Positions 20,611-30,759 of a stretch of 64,000 bases of DNA are shown here, piece by piece. The translations under genes and the position numbers were made by a program. Under the pieces are notes generated by a model, which was given only the letters and a program-made list of their open reading frames with translations, had not been told where the DNA came from and did no database searches. The number at the start of each line of letters is the position of its first letter. Positions within the stretch are counted from its first letter, which is position 1. The DNA is from Leptolyngbyaceae cyanobacterium clean351 (GTDB taxonomy: Bacteria > Cyanobacteriota > Cyanobacteriia > DAIDHW01). The DNA lies in the NCBI GenBank assembly GCA_027451865.1, contig DAIDHW010000005.1:1-64000 (forward strand), given 5' to 3'.

Positions 20611-22111
20611 TCTCTCCCGTCACCTGGGACTGTTTCTGGGGGGACTTTTGACGGTAGTGGGGTTGAACGGCTGGCTATGGTCCCTCCCGGGGGTTGCTCA
20701 GGTACAAACCTATTGCCAGCAGACTCCCGAGGGTATCGCCGAGAAAACCAAGCTACGCCAGGCAGCCCTAGGGGGAGATGCAACAGCCCGCCGGGCCTAC
20801 GAAACCCTAGTCAGTAATCAGGCCCTTGAGCTTAACCAGTGTCGGTCCCAGGCCTGGCCCCGTAGGGAGGCGATTTGGTTGCGGCTGTACCCCTGCGACA
20901 TCAAGCCCGGAGTCCTCGAGGGAGTGATGGACCGGATTGTTGACCGGGGCTACAACGCGGTTTACGTGGAGACCTTTTATGACGGCGAAGTTCTGCTCCC
21001 CCAAGCCGCAAACCCCACGGTTTGGCCAGCAGTAATTCGCGCCCCCGGCTACGCTGAAGCTGACCTTTTGGCCCTGGCGATCCAAAAAGGGCACCAGCGC
21101 GGCCTCAAGGTTTACGCCTGGATGTACACGATGAACTTTGGCTACACCTACGCCCAAGTCCCTGGTCGCGCTGAGGTGCTGGCCATGAACGGTGCTGGTC
21201 AAACCTCCTTGACAGTAGCCAGCGATGATGACAGCCCAGAGGCGCTTGGGGTTCAACGCAGCGATGCCGTAGTCATTGACCCCTACAATCCCGTGGCTCA
21301 ACAGGACTACGCCACGGTATTACGGGCAGTGCTTGACCGGCATCCCGACGGAGTCTTGTTTGACTATATTCGCTACCCACGGGGTCCAGGAGCCGCCTCG
21401 GTAGTCACCCGGCCCCAGGACCTGTGGATCTATGGTCCTGCCTCTCGGCAAGCCCTGATCAACCGGGCTTTGAACCCCAAAGGCCGAGCAGTGATCAGTC
21501 TCTATTTAGCCCAAGAGACCCTGAGTGTGGCTGACCTAAAGGCCATCGATAAGGAGTATCCCAACCAAGGGGAAGCCCTCTGGCAGGGACGTCATCCCCT
21601 ACCGGAAAAGCCCCTAGCCCCGGCCGCCAAGCGACTACCCTACCTACTCAACGACCTGTGGCACTTGGCAGTAGCCCACGCCATGGAGGGGGTGATAGAC
21701 TTTCTCACCCTAGCCACCACTATCACCCTCAACCAGGGTATACCTGCCGGGGCAGTGTTTTTTCCTGAGGCTAACCAAGTAGTAGGTCAGGGCTACGATT
21801 CACGCCTGCAGCCTTGGGACCGCTTCCCAACTAACATCCAGTGGCACCCCATGGCCTACGGACGCTGTAATGACACTAGTTGCATTGTCGCTGAAGTGGA
21901 GCGGACCCTGGCCCTGGCCCCCGCCGGGGTGCAAGTGATGCCAGTTTTAGCCGGGATATGGCAGGAATTTGACAATGGTCGCCCCCCTCTTGAGGTGCAG
22001 ATGGCGGCCATAGAACAGGTAGCTCCCCAGATCGACTCCATCAGCCACTTTGCCTACTCCTGGCAGGAGATCCGCTCCGACCAGGTGCGCAAGACCTGTC
22101 AGCTTCCCTAG
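20582..22111 (+). CDS. Glycoside-hydrolase-like family 10 (GHL10/DUF187-type) protein with N-terminal signal/TM segment
   Basis: Conserved YNAVYVETFYDGEVLLP and VLFDYIRYP blocks resembling GHL10 proteins. Family assignment is from memory. Confidence 0.45.
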   Translation: MVMYTSPCRNLSRHLGLFLGGLLTVVGLNGWLWSLPGVAQVQTYCQQTPEGIAEKTKLRQAALGGDATARRAYETLVSNQALELNQCRSQAWPRREAIWLRLYPCDIKPGVLEGVMDRIVDRGYNAVYVETFYDGEVLLPQAANPTVWPAVIRAPGYAEADLLALAIQKGHQRGLKVYAWMYTMNFGYTYAQVPGRAEVLAMNGAGQTSLTVASDDDSPEALGVQRSDAVVIDPYNPVAQQDYATVLRAVLDRHPDGVLFDYIRYPRGPGAASVVTRPQDLWIYGPASRQALINRALNPKGRAVISLYLAQETLSVADLKAIDKEYPNQGEALWQGRHPLPEKPLAPAAKRLPYLLNDLWHLAVAHAMEGVIDFLTLATTITLNQGIPAGAVFFPEANQVVGQGYDSRLQPWDRFPTNIQWHPMAYGRCNDTSCIVAEVERTLALAPAGVQVMPVLAGIWQEFDNGRPPLEVQMAAIEQVAPQIDSISHFAYSWQEIRSDQVRKTCQLP

Positions 22112-23760
22112 GGGAGCCAAGACCACACGTCTACCCGAATGAAGGTGACCAAGGGCCGGGTAAAGGCATCGATGACTGGCAGAGAGTGACTGGCAATTTT
22201 GGCATAACCCGACATGCTGGCCTTGAGCATGTGGTTGGGGTTAGGCAACTGGACAAGGACCCGCACGACCCGGCTAGTAGAACTGGCTACTGGATTAACG
22301 ATGGTTGTGCTTCTGCTTGAGGGCACAGCGGGGTCTGTGGGAATGATCGGGGCAGTAGTGTCAATGGTAGCCGCCGGCTGAATGGCCACTACCCGTCCGG
22401 TTATGGGGGTGTCGGGGTAGGCGAGGAGCTTAACTTCTACCGGGGCGCCGAGCTTAAAGTCAGCTGCATTTTCCTCCGGAATTCTCACTTCGCCAGTCAT
22501 ATGCTGGCTGTCTTCTACTACCGCAAAGGTGTCCCCCTGCTTGAGGTAAATCCCCACCTTTTGTTTGAGGTAGGGAGTGACCAGCCGCCCAGTGATGGGC
22601 ATGACCAAAGTGGTACGGTGGACCTGGTCTTGGTAGAAACTCAACTGTTGTTTGAGCTGGCGCAGGAGGGCTTCCCCCGCTTTGACGTTCCAGCGGTCCG
22701 CCTCAATCTGGTCCGGGGGAGGACCAGCTAAAACTAGGTTCAGGTTAGCAATGGCCTGGCCAAGGGATTGCTGACTTTCTGCTACTGCTTGTTGAGCCTG
22801 GAGGACCGCTTGTTCCTTTTCCAAGGTGTTGTTATGGTCTGTCTCCGCTTGCTTTTCCGCGTTCTCGTAGGTCTGCAAAGAGCTCACCCCCTCATTGTAG
22901 AGTTGGTGGTAGCGTGCCGCTTCCCGGGCACTGAACTCGGCCTGATCAGCGGCGGTTTGGGCTTGGGCCTGCACCACCTGCACTCGTTTCTGAGCTACCA
23001 CTACCGCCTGACGAGCCACCGCCACCTGCGCTTGGGCAACCTTGATGTTGTCTGGCCGGGGAGTATCTAGGAGGGTTTGCAGCTGGTACTTGAGGGAGGA
23101 AACCACGGCCGCCTGTTGGTGAACTGCCTGGGTAGTGGTTTTAACTTCATTTTCGGTGGTGACAGATTCGGCCAAGGCCACTACAGTGCCTGCCTTGAGT
23201 TGCTGCTGGTCACCACCAGGATAAAAAACCCGGGTAATCTGGCTGTCTACCTGGGCCTGGAGAGCAAACTGCCGGGGGGGGAGCAGTTGAATATCACCAC
23301 CAGCCCGGTAAAAGTAGGGGCAAAAAAAGACTGTCCCCAAGCCAATAAGGACTAAAAGGGCTTTAGGCAGACGCTGGGGAGGGGTATTGGGAGGCTCAGG
23401 TGGCGCTTGGGCCTGATGGCCAGGATGCAGGGGAGTGACGTCCTGGAGAGCCACGAAGGACTCTAGTAGCCCTGACTCACCGATCTGCTGAGCGAAATCT
23501 TCAAAGTCTTTGGTCGTCAGTACCAAATCGAAGCGACTATTAAAAGCCGCCAGGATCTGTTCTGGGGTCGAGGTCCCATCCATGGCCTGACACAGGAAAA
23601 ACTCCTCCTCCCCGAACTCAAAGGCCTCTCCCGTATCCGGGTTCTTGACCCAAAAACTCTTGTCGGTTGTTTCTGGATCTGTAGTTTCAGTGATCAGGAG
23701 GTCCTTGCGAAACCGAGTTAGATGAGGAGAGTAGTTGATGACAACCGACATTCTACGCAT
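22108..23760 (-). CDS. HlyD-family membrane-fusion (periplasmic adaptor) protein with an additional ~120-aa N-terminal cytoplasmic domain
   Basis: A single TM segment (ALLVLIGLGTVFFCPYFY) follows an acidic N-terminal domain. Long coiled-coil with Gln/Ala-rich heptads. C-terminal beta-barrel/lipoyl-like region typical of HlyD adaptors. Confidence 0.65.
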   Translation of the reverse strand: MRRMSVVINYSPHLTRFRKDLLITETTDPETTDKSFWVKNPDTGEAFEFGEEEFFLCQAMDGTSTPEQILAAFNSRFDLVLTTKDFEDFAQQIGESGLLESFVALQDVTPLHPGHQAQAPPEPPNTPPQRLPKALLVLIGLGTVFFCPYFYRAGGDIQLLPPRQFALQAQVDSQITRVFYPGGDQQQLKAGTVVALAESVTTENEVKTTTQAVHQQAAVVSSLKYQLQTLLDTPRPDNIKVAQAQVAVARQAVVVAQKRVQVVQAQAQTAADQAEFSAREAARYHQLYNEGVSSLQTYENAEKQAETDHNNTLEKEQAVLQAQQAVAESQQSLGQAIANLNLVLAGPPPDQIEADRWNVKAGEALLRQLKQQLSFYQDQVHRTTLVMPITGRLVTPYLKQKVGIYLKQGDTFAVVEDSQHMTGEVRIPEENAADFKLGAPVEVKLLAYPDTPITGRVVAIQPAATIDTTAPIIPTDPAVPSSRSTTIVNPVASSTSRVVRVLVQLPNPNHMLKASMSGYAKIASHSLPVIDAFTRPLVTFIRVDVWSWLP

Positions 23761-23994
23761 AGGGCCGAGTTAGGATGGGATCCCAGACCAGGGTGTGAAC
23801 ATGTGGGTTAGCTTCAAGGCGGCGCAATGGAGTTACAGGTGATCATAGCGAATTTTTCTTCCCTCACTATCCCTAGGGCAGTCCCGGCCCTCAGTTGTCA
23901 TAATCGTCACGGATCTTTAGCCAATTCTTAATACTTAGAGAAAATCAGCTATGATCAACCCAGGAACCTTTAACCCTTAGGCCTGACAGAATTT

Positions 23995-25779
23995 ATGAGC
24001 CTCCCCCTCCGCAACGTGGCTATCATCGCCCACGTTGACCATGGTAAAACCACGCTCGTCGACGCACTTCTGAAGCAAGCTGGAGCATTTCGAGAGGGGG
24101 AAGACATCCCTACCTGCGTAATGGATTCCAATGCTCTAGAACGGGAGCGGGGGATCACCATTCTGGCTAAAAACACAGCTGTACACTATGCCGATACCCT
24201 AATCAATATCGTCGATACCCCCGGTCACGCCGACTTCGGTGGGGAGGTAGAACGAGTGCTAGGAATGGTTGAGGGTTGTCTGCTGATCGTCGATGCCAAC
24301 GAAGGACCGATGCCCCAGACCCGCTTTGTACTGAAGAAAGCCTTGGAAAGAGGCCTGCGCCCGATCCTGGTAGTTAATAAGATTGACCGCCCCCAGGCTG
24401 ACCCCCACCGGGCTATTGACAAGGTACTAGACCTGTTTTTGGAATTAGGAGCCGATGACGACCAGTGCGAGTTTCCCTGCCTGTTTGCCTCCGGGATGGG
24501 GGGCTATGCCAAGGAATCCCTCGACGAGGAAAACAAGGACCTCAAGCCCCTATTTCAGGCCATCCTGCGCCACGTGCCACCCCCCACAGGCGATCCGGAT
24601 GCGCCCCTACAGCTGCAGGTAACAACCCTAGACTACTCCGAGTACCTAGGCCGAATCGTCATCGGCAAGATCCACAACGGCACGGTCCGCATGGGTCAAC
24701 AGGTAGCCCTAGTACGTGAAGGGGGTGAGATTGTCCGGGGAAAAGTAACTAAGCTAATGGGCTTTGATGGCTTAAAGCGAGTAGATCTAGATAGCGCCTC
24801 TGCAGGCAACATTGTGGCGGTAGCCGGTTTTGCCATGGCTAACATTGGCGAAACTATTACCTGTCCCCTTGAACCCCAGGCCCTCCCCTTAATCAAGGTA
24901 GATGAGCCTACCTTGCAGATGACCTTCTCCGTGAATGATTCCCCCTTTGCCGGCCAAGAGGGTACCCTGGTGACTTCCCGCCAAGTCCGGGAACGTCTGT
25001 ACCGAGAACTGCAAACTAATGTGGCCATGCGGGTAGAGGATACAGATTCCCCAGACCGGTTTCTGGTGTCTGGCCGCGGTGAATTACACCTGGGAATCTT
25101 GATTGAGACAATGCGACGAGAAGGCTACGAGTTTCAAGTCTCTCAGCCCCAGGTGATCTACCGGGAAGTTCAAGGGCAACCCTGCGAACCCTTTGAATAC
25201 TTGCTGTTAGATGTACCTGCTGAAGCGGTCGGAGGCTGTATTGAACGCCTCGGTCAGCGCCGGGGAGAAATGCAAGACATGCGCAATGGCACCCGTACCC
25301 AGCTGGAATTCATCATCCCAGCCCGTGGCTTGGTGGGGTTCCGAGGAGAATTTATGCGCCTGACCCGGGGGGATGGGATCATGAATCACACCTTCCTGGA
25401 CTATCGCCCCCTAGTGGGCCCAATTGAGGCGCGGCGAAATGGGGTGTTGATCTCCTTTGAGGAAGGGGTGGCTACTTTCTACGCCCTGCAAAACGCTGAA
25501 GACCGGGGAGTGTTTTTCATCAACCCTGGGGTGCGCGTCTACCGGGGTATGATCATCGGCGAACACAATCGCCCCCAGGACCTGGAACTGAACGTCTGCA
25601 AAACCAAGCAGCTGACTAACCATCGAGCCTCTGGCGGGGAAGAACTGGTGCAATTGCAGGCACCGGTAGAGATGAGCTTGGAGCGGGCTCTCGAATATAT
25701 TGGCCCCGATGAGTTGGTGGAGGTGACTCCCCAGTCGATCCGCCTGCGCAAAGTGGCCAAGAAACTAGCCAAGCGCTAG
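23995..25779 (+). CDS. typA: Translational GTPase TypA/BipA
   Basis: [19 protein letters not shown]1 motif, DTPGHADF G3, NKIDRP G4. 594 aa. Confidence 0.92.
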   Translation: MSLPLRNVAIIAHVDHGKTTLVDALLKQAGAFREGEDIPTCVMDSNALERERGITILAKNTAVHYADTLINIVDTPGHADFGGEVERVLGMVEGCLLIVDANEGPMPQTRFVLKKALERGLRPILVVNKIDRPQADPHRAIDKVLDLFLELGADDDQCEFPCLFASGMGGYAKESLDEENKDLKPLFQAILRHVPPPTGDPDAPLQLQVTTLDYSEYLGRIVIGKIHNGTVRMGQQVALVREGGEIVRGKVTKLMGFDGLKRVDLDSASAGNIVAVAGFAMANIGETITCPLEPQALPLIKVDEPTLQMTFSVNDSPFAGQEGTLVTSRQVRERLYRELQTNVAMRVEDTDSPDRFLVSGRGELHLGILIETMRREGYEFQVSQPQVIYREVQGQPCEPFEYLLLDVPAEAVGGCIERLGQRRGEMQDMRNGTRTQLEFIIPARGLVGFRGEFMRLTRGDGIMNHTFLDYRPLVGPIEARRNGVLISFEEGVATFYALQNAEDRGVFFINPGVRVYRGMIIGEHNRPQDLELNVCKTKQLTNHRASGGEELVQLQAPVEMSLERALEYIGPDELVEVTPQSIRLRKVAKKLAKR

Positions 25780-25782
25780 ACC

Positions 25783-26922
25783 ATGGGGCGCAGGCAAGAC
25801 TGGCGGTATTGGTGGGACCACCGGCCCCTAACACCGGCCTACAGTGGTTGGCTGCTGATGGGTCTGGGGTTATTTTTCTTCGGGGCGGCCACCAACACCC
25901 TCTCAGGCTGGCTCTACGTCCTCAGCGGCGTGATCATTGCCCTGCTGGGATTGGCAGCCTGGTTTTCCTGGTGCAACCTGCGGGGCTTGACTGTCAAGCG
26001 CCATCTGCTAGAGCCGGTGACTGCAGGTGACTCCTTACAAGTCCAGATCCAGATCACCAACCAAACCACCCAGACCAAGTCTGGGATCCTGATCGAAGAC
26101 CGCTTGCCGACCATCCTCGGACCAGTCGTTACGGGGGTGCTAGAGGAAGTGAGGCCCCGAACTGCTGTCACCTGGTCCTATCAACAACCCGTTGCCCGCC
26201 GGGGAGTCTACCGATGGCAAACCCTGGAATTGAGGACTGCCGCCCCCTTGGGTCTATTTTGGTCAGCCAGGAGTCAGGTGATCCCGACTACCGCTGTGGT
26301 TTATCCCCCTTGCCTACCCCTAAGCCACTGCCCACTGCTGGCCCGACTAGGCCAGGCAACTAACCCCCGTTTAGACAGTCAAGACCGACGCTCTCAGGTC
26401 AGCAACGAAGGCCTAGTACGTTCCCTGCGGCCCTACCGCTGGGGAGATTCTACCCGCCTGATCCACTGGCGCAGCAGTGCCCACACCGGGGTGTTGCAGA
26501 TCCGAGAGCTAGAGATATTTAGCCGTGACCAGGCAGTAGTAATTGCTTTGGATACGGCGACCACCTGGGACCCAACTGCCTTTGAGCAAGCGGTGGTGGC
26601 TGCGGCTACTCTGTGGTCCTATGCCCACCGCCGGGGCTCACCGGCCTCCCTGTGGACAGCAGGTCAAGGTTTAGTATCGGGGCGGCACCTGGTCTTGAGT
26701 ACCCTGGCAGCAGTTCAACCTCAGGAACCCCAGACCAGCCCCCCCCTCTCCCAGCCTCTGGTATGGTTGACCTCAAGTCCTCACCGCCTCACCGCCCTTA
26801 ACCCCGGCAGCTGCTGGCTCCTGTGGTCTAACTCTAGGGAACTAGGGAACGACCCAGTCGCAGGGGGCCTGGTCATGGACTGGCAACAACCCCTATCCCC
26901 CCAACTACAGCGGAACTTCTAG
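25783..26922 (+). CDS. DUF58 domain protein (the usual MoxR partner) with two N-terminal TM helices
   Basis: Signature LRPYRWGDSTRLIHWRSSAHTGVLQIRE matches the DUF58 consensus (R.Y..GD..R.I.W..SAR). Starts 4 nt after the typA stop. Confidence 0.7.
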   Translation: MGRRQDWRYWWDHRPLTPAYSGWLLMGLGLFFFGAATNTLSGWLYVLSGVIIALLGLAAWFSWCNLRGLTVKRHLLEPVTAGDSLQVQIQITNQTTQTKSGILIEDRLPTILGPVVTGVLEEVRPRTAVTWSYQQPVARRGVYRWQTLELRTAAPLGLFWSARSQVIPTTAVVYPPCLPLSHCPLLARLGQATNPRLDSQDRRSQVSNEGLVRSLRPYRWGDSTRLIHWRSSAHTGVLQIRELEIFSRDQAVVIALDTATTWDPTAFEQAVVAAATLWSYAHRRGSPASLWTAGQGLVSGRHLVLSTLAAVQPQEPQTSPPLSQPLVWLTSSPHRLTALNPGSCWLLWSNSRELGNDPVAGGLVMDWQQPLSPQLQRNF

Positions 26923-27060
26923 GCTCAGGGGAGGGTAACCCTCAGTCTGATCTGAACAAAAGTGCCCCTCCCAGCGTCTGTAGAGAGTTGGGGGACAAAC
27001 TGAAAATCCGTTAAACTGAGCGACATTGCCCCCTGGCAAACTCCATGGAGTCTACTGCTT

Positions 27061-27528
27061 GTGCGTTCCTATCGCCTTGTGCTTTGGCTAAACCTCTTAG
27101 CCCTCTTGGCCCCCTACCCTTCCCTAGCCTCCCCTAGCACACCCACCCAAACTGCCGACCAGTCCCTTACCATTCGCTCTGACACCCAAACTGCCGACCA
27201 GATCACTGGTGTAGTTACAGCCATAGGCAACGTGCAGATCAATTATCCGGCCCAGAACATTCAAGCCACCTGCGCGCAAGCCCAATACTTCCGTCAAGAG
27301 GGGGAAATCGTCCTGATCGGCAACGTCTACGTGCTCCAAAACGGCAATAGCCTGCGGGGAGAGGAAGTAACCTATTGGATTGCCCAGGATAAATTTGTAG
27401 CGGTGCCCCGGCCGAACGAGCAGGTGGAGTCAATTTACCTGGTGAATAATAATCCTCCCCCCGAACAGCCCCCCTCCCTCCCCTCCCAGTTAAACCTCCC
27501 TCCTCTCCCCCCCGCTGCTACCCCCTAG
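27061..27528 (+). CDS. LptA/OstA-family periplasmic protein (LPS transport) with Pro-rich C-terminal tail
   Basis: Signal peptide, then OstA-like beta-jellyroll motifs (ITGVVTAIGNVQI..., LIGNVYVLQNGNSLRGEEVTY). Immediately followed by lptB. Confidence 0.6.
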   Translation: MRSYRLVLWLNLLALLAPYPSLASPSTPTQTADQSLTIRSDTQTADQITGVVTAIGNVQINYPAQNIQATCAQAQYFRQEGEIVLIGNVYVLQNGNSLRGEEVTYWIAQDKFVAVPRPNEQVESIYLVNNNPPPEQPPSLPSQLNLPPLPPAATP

Positions 27529-27530
27529 CT

Positions 27531-28286
27531 ATGGTTCTCTCCCCCCTAACCCAGGCCTCTGAGCTCACCATTGAGGCGGTAGACAAGTTCTACGGTCACC
27601 GGCAGGTGGTTAATCAGGTCAGCCTGTCGGTCACTCAAGGGGAGGTAGTGGGTCTGCTCGGGCCGAACGGGGCCGGCAAAACTACCACCTTCTACATTGC
27701 CACTGGTCTAGAACGGCCCACCCGGGGCCGAGTTTGGTTCAACGGGGTAGACATCACCTCTCTCCCCCTCCACCGCCGGGCCCACCTAGGGATAGGCTAC
27801 CTAGCCCAAGAACCGAGCATTTTCCGCCGGCTGACGGTACGAGAAAATATTTTGCTAGTGTTGCAGGAATCCCGGGTACCCCGCCGCTACTGGCAGGAGC
27901 GCCTGAAGCAACTACTGCAAGAATTACGTCTGGAAAAAGTGGCTTCCACCCTGGGGATCCAAGTCTCTGGCGGCGAACGGCGGCGTACTGAGCTTGCCCG
28001 CGCCCTGGCCGCCGGTTTGCAGGGGCCAAAATTTTTACTCCTAGACGAGCCCTTCGCAGGGGTGGACCCAATTGCCGTAGCGGAGATTCAGGAGATCATT
28101 CATCAGCTGCGCAGACGTTCGATCGGTATTCTCATCACCGACCACAACGTACGGGAAACCCTTGCCATCACTGACCGGGCTTACATTCTCCGGGATGGGC
28201 AGGTGTTAGCTGCTGGCACCCCCGAGCAGCTGTATGCCGACACAGGAGTGCGTAAGTATTATCTTGGTGACCGATTCCAGCGCTAG
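27531..28286 (+). CDS. lptB: LPS export ABC transporter ATP-binding protein
   Basis: Walker A GPNGAGKTT, signature LSGGERRR, Walker B LLLDEPFAGVD. The C-terminal extension typical of LptB is present. Confidence 0.85.
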   Translation: MVLSPLTQASELTIEAVDKFYGHRQVVNQVSLSVTQGEVVGLLGPNGAGKTTTFYIATGLERPTRGRVWFNGVDITSLPLHRRAHLGIGYLAQEPSIFRRLTVRENILLVLQESRVPRRYWQERLKQLLQELRLEKVASTLGIQVSGGERRRTELARALAAGLQGPKFLLLDEPFAGVDPIAVAEIQEIIHQLRRRSIGILITDHNVRETLAITDRAYILRDGQVLAAGTPEQLYADTGVRKYYLGDRFQR

Positions 28287-28300
28287 AGACAGACCATTCC

Positions 28301-29455
28301 ATGCAGCTTAAGCACTTCCCGACTCCCTTTCTACCAATCATGGACCGCTACATCATCTCTGAGTGGTTCATGCCTTTTTTGTTTGGGGTAGGGGCCTTCT
28401 CCTCGGTTTACTTAGCTGTCGGTTCCGTGTTCTCCATTGTCAGGGAGGTGACCGAGTCTGGTCTACCCCTGGGGGTGGCAATCCGGTTTTTGCTGTTGAA
28501 GTTTCCTGAATCCCTGGCCTACGCTTTCCCCATGGGCACCCTCCTAGCAGCTCTGATGGTTTACAGTCGCCTTTCTAGTGACAGTGAACTGATTGCCCTG
28601 CGCAGTTGCGGAGTCAGCATTATCCGGCTAGTGCTGCCGGGTTTGGTGGCCAGTTTGCTAGTCAGCGGTATGACCTTTGCCTTTAACGAGTATGTCGTCC
28701 CCGCGGCCAACTACGCCGCCGGTCAGGTAATTGATGCCGCCGTCCACGATGACCAGCCCCAGTTCCACAGTCGGAATATCCTCTACGAAGAGTTCCTGCC
28801 AGAGAAGTCCGCCGACGGCCAATCCGAGGGCCAAGCTCTCAGTCGGATCTTCTACGCCAAGTCCTTTAACGGCCGGGCTATGGGGGGGCTGACGGTGCTT
28901 GATTTCTCCCAGACTGGCCTCAACCAGATCATTGTTGCCCGCACTGGGGTCTGGAACCCAGAAAAAAGTCAGTGGGACTTTTACAATGGCACGATCTACC
29001 TGGTTTCCCCGGACGGTTCCTACCGAGACATTCTGCAGTTTAAGCATCAGGAAATTGCTATCCCCCGCACCCCGCTAGAGTTGGCGATGCGGGGCCGGGA
29101 CTACCCGGAAATGAATATCGCTCAGTCTGAAAAGTACCTGAAAATCATTCGGCACAGCGGTGACGAGAAGCAAATTACTAAGCTAGAAGTCCGCATCGCC
29201 CAACGCTACGCCTTTCCCCTAGTATGCCTAGTCTTTGGCCTGTTGGGGACGGCCCTGGGAATCCGCTCCCGCCGCACTGACCGGGCCACTGGCTTTGGGA
29301 TCAGTGTCATCGTCATTTTCGGTTACTACCTGCTCTTCTCAGTATCAGGGGGTCTGGGAATTATTGGCGTCCTTACCCCTTTTATCGCGGCTTGGTTACC
29401 TAACTTCTGTGGCCTGAGCATCTCTGGGCTGATGCTAGTCCGGGCAGCCCGCTAG
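28301..29455 (+). CDS. LptF/LptG-family (YjgP/YjgQ) LPS export permease
   Basis: 384 aa with three N-terminal TM helices, a periplasmic beta domain, then three TM helices. Sits in lptA-like/lptB context. Confidence 0.75.
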   Translation: MQLKHFPTPFLPIMDRYIISEWFMPFLFGVGAFSSVYLAVGSVFSIVREVTESGLPLGVAIRFLLLKFPESLAYAFPMGTLLAALMVYSRLSSDSELIALRSCGVSIIRLVLPGLVASLLVSGMTFAFNEYVVPAANYAAGQVIDAAVHDDQPQFHSRNILYEEFLPEKSADGQSEGQALSRIFYAKSFNGRAMGGLTVLDFSQTGLNQIIVARTGVWNPEKSQWDFYNGTIYLVSPDGSYRDILQFKHQEIAIPRTPLELAMRGRDYPEMNIAQSEKYLKIIRHSGDEKQITKLEVRIAQRYAFPLVCLVFGLLGTALGIRSRRTDRATGFGISVIVIFGYYLLFSVSGGLGIIGVLTPFIAAWLPNFCGLSISGLMLVRAAR

Positions 29456-30630
29456 CTACTGTACTCGGCGGTGCTAAACTGAGCCCCGTTCATTTGCCGT
29501 TCAGTGATCGGTACGTAGGGGCATTCATGTAAGCCAGTGTAGATCTGGGTGGGACGAAAAATGCGGTTTTCGTAGATTTGTTCTCGCCAGTGGGCTAGCC
29601 AGCCCGCCACCCGGGCGATGGCAAAAATGGGCGTGAAGAGGTCCTTAGGTATGCCTAGTTTACGGTACACCAGCCCAGAATAATAATCCACGTTAGGGTA
29701 GATTCCTTTGTGAGCTAACTTTTCCTCCACGGCTCTCTCCAAGGCCATGGCTACATCGTAATAACTATCGTGGCCAAACTCCTGGAACAGTTGCTCGACT
29801 AGTTGCTGTAAAATCGTTGCCCGGGGGTCTTTCACCTTGTACACCCGATGTCCGAATCCCATAATCCTTGATTTTTGGTCTAGGGCGCGTTCTAGGTAGG
29901 GGTGAACATTCTCAACACTGCCAATTTCCTCCAGCATATCCAACACTTCTTCGTTAGCCCCACCGTGGAGGGGGCCCGCCAGAGTGCCGACTGCTGAGGC
30001 GATAACCGCGTAGGGGTCTGTGAAAGTGGAGGCGGTCACCATCGCGGAGAAGGTCGAGGCATTAATGGTGTGCTCAGCGTGGAGAGTTAGGCACACATCA
30101 AAGATACGAGCCGCCAGGGGACTAGGCTCCCGTTCACTGAGCATGTAGAGAAAGTTAGCCGCGTACCCTAGGTCGTCCCGGGGTTGGACCGGGTCGTTGC
30201 CCTTGCGCATGAGTTGAAAGGCCGCCACCATAGTAGGGATTTTGGCCAACAATCGGACCACCGCAGCCCGAACGTAGGCAGGGTTATGTAGATCGCGACG
30301 GGAGTAAAACAGACCCAAGGCCGCGGCCGAAGCCTGCAGGGCATCCATGGGGTGTCCGCTTTCCGGGAAGCACTTCATCATATCCCGAATGCGGTATTTG
30401 ATCCGGCGGTGGGAGCGGATTTCCCGTTCGAAGGATTCGAGCTCTTTTTGGTTAGGCAATTCACCCCAGATTAGTAGGTAGGCCGTTTCCAGAAAGGTGC
30501 TGTGGGCTGCCAACTCCTCAATGCGAATCCCCCGATACTCCAACAGCCCCTGCCGACCATCCACAAAACTGATGGCTGACTGGGTGGCTGGCACTCCTTC
30601 TAGACCCGCACGGTATTCAACAATGGACAT
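29452..30630 (-). CDS. gltA: Citrate synthase
   Basis: 392 aa. Conserved GFGHRVYK and catalytic His-containing blocks. The N-terminus matches the bacterial type II-like short citrate synthase. Confidence 0.88.
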   Translation of the reverse strand: MSIVEYRAGLEGVPATQSAISFVDGRQGLLEYRGIRIEELAAHSTFLETAYLLIWGELPNQKELESFEREIRSHRRIKYRIRDMMKCFPESGHPMDALQASAAALGLFYSRRDLHNPAYVRAAVVRLLAKIPTMVAAFQLMRKGNDPVQPRDDLGYAANFLYMLSEREPSPLAARIFDVCLTLHAEHTINASTFSAMVTASTFTDPYAVIASAVGTLAGPLHGGANEEVLDMLEEIGSVENVHPYLERALDQKSRIMGFGHRVYKVKDPRATILQQLVEQLFQEFGHDSYYDVAMALERAVEEKLAHKGIYPNVDYYSGLVYRKLGIPKDLFTPIFAIARVAGWLAHWREQIYENRIFRPTQIYTGLHECPYVPITERQMNGAQFSTAEYSS

Positions 30631-30759
30631 GACAAGGCCATCTAATAAAATCGGAATATCCGCAAGTCATCACCCATCTTAGTCGGCCAGAGCCTGCAAT
30701 GCAAGGCTGGGCCTAGTCGTCCAAGGCTGGCCTTCCATGGTCAAAGGAGCAGGTAACTC

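Noticed and set aside
23900-23994. Possible typA promoter (TTAATA ... TATGAT about 30 nt upstream of the ATG) in the divergent HlyD/typA intergenic region
   Set aside because: The -35 element is poor and spacing is ambiguous. Reported only as a possibility, not as a feature.
26923-26950. Short GC hairpin GAGGG-TAA-CCCTC just after the DUF58 stop, considered as a terminator
   Set aside because: The stem is only 5 bp and there is no downstream U-tract. Cyanobacterial intrinsic terminators are often weak, but this cannot be supported from sequence alone.
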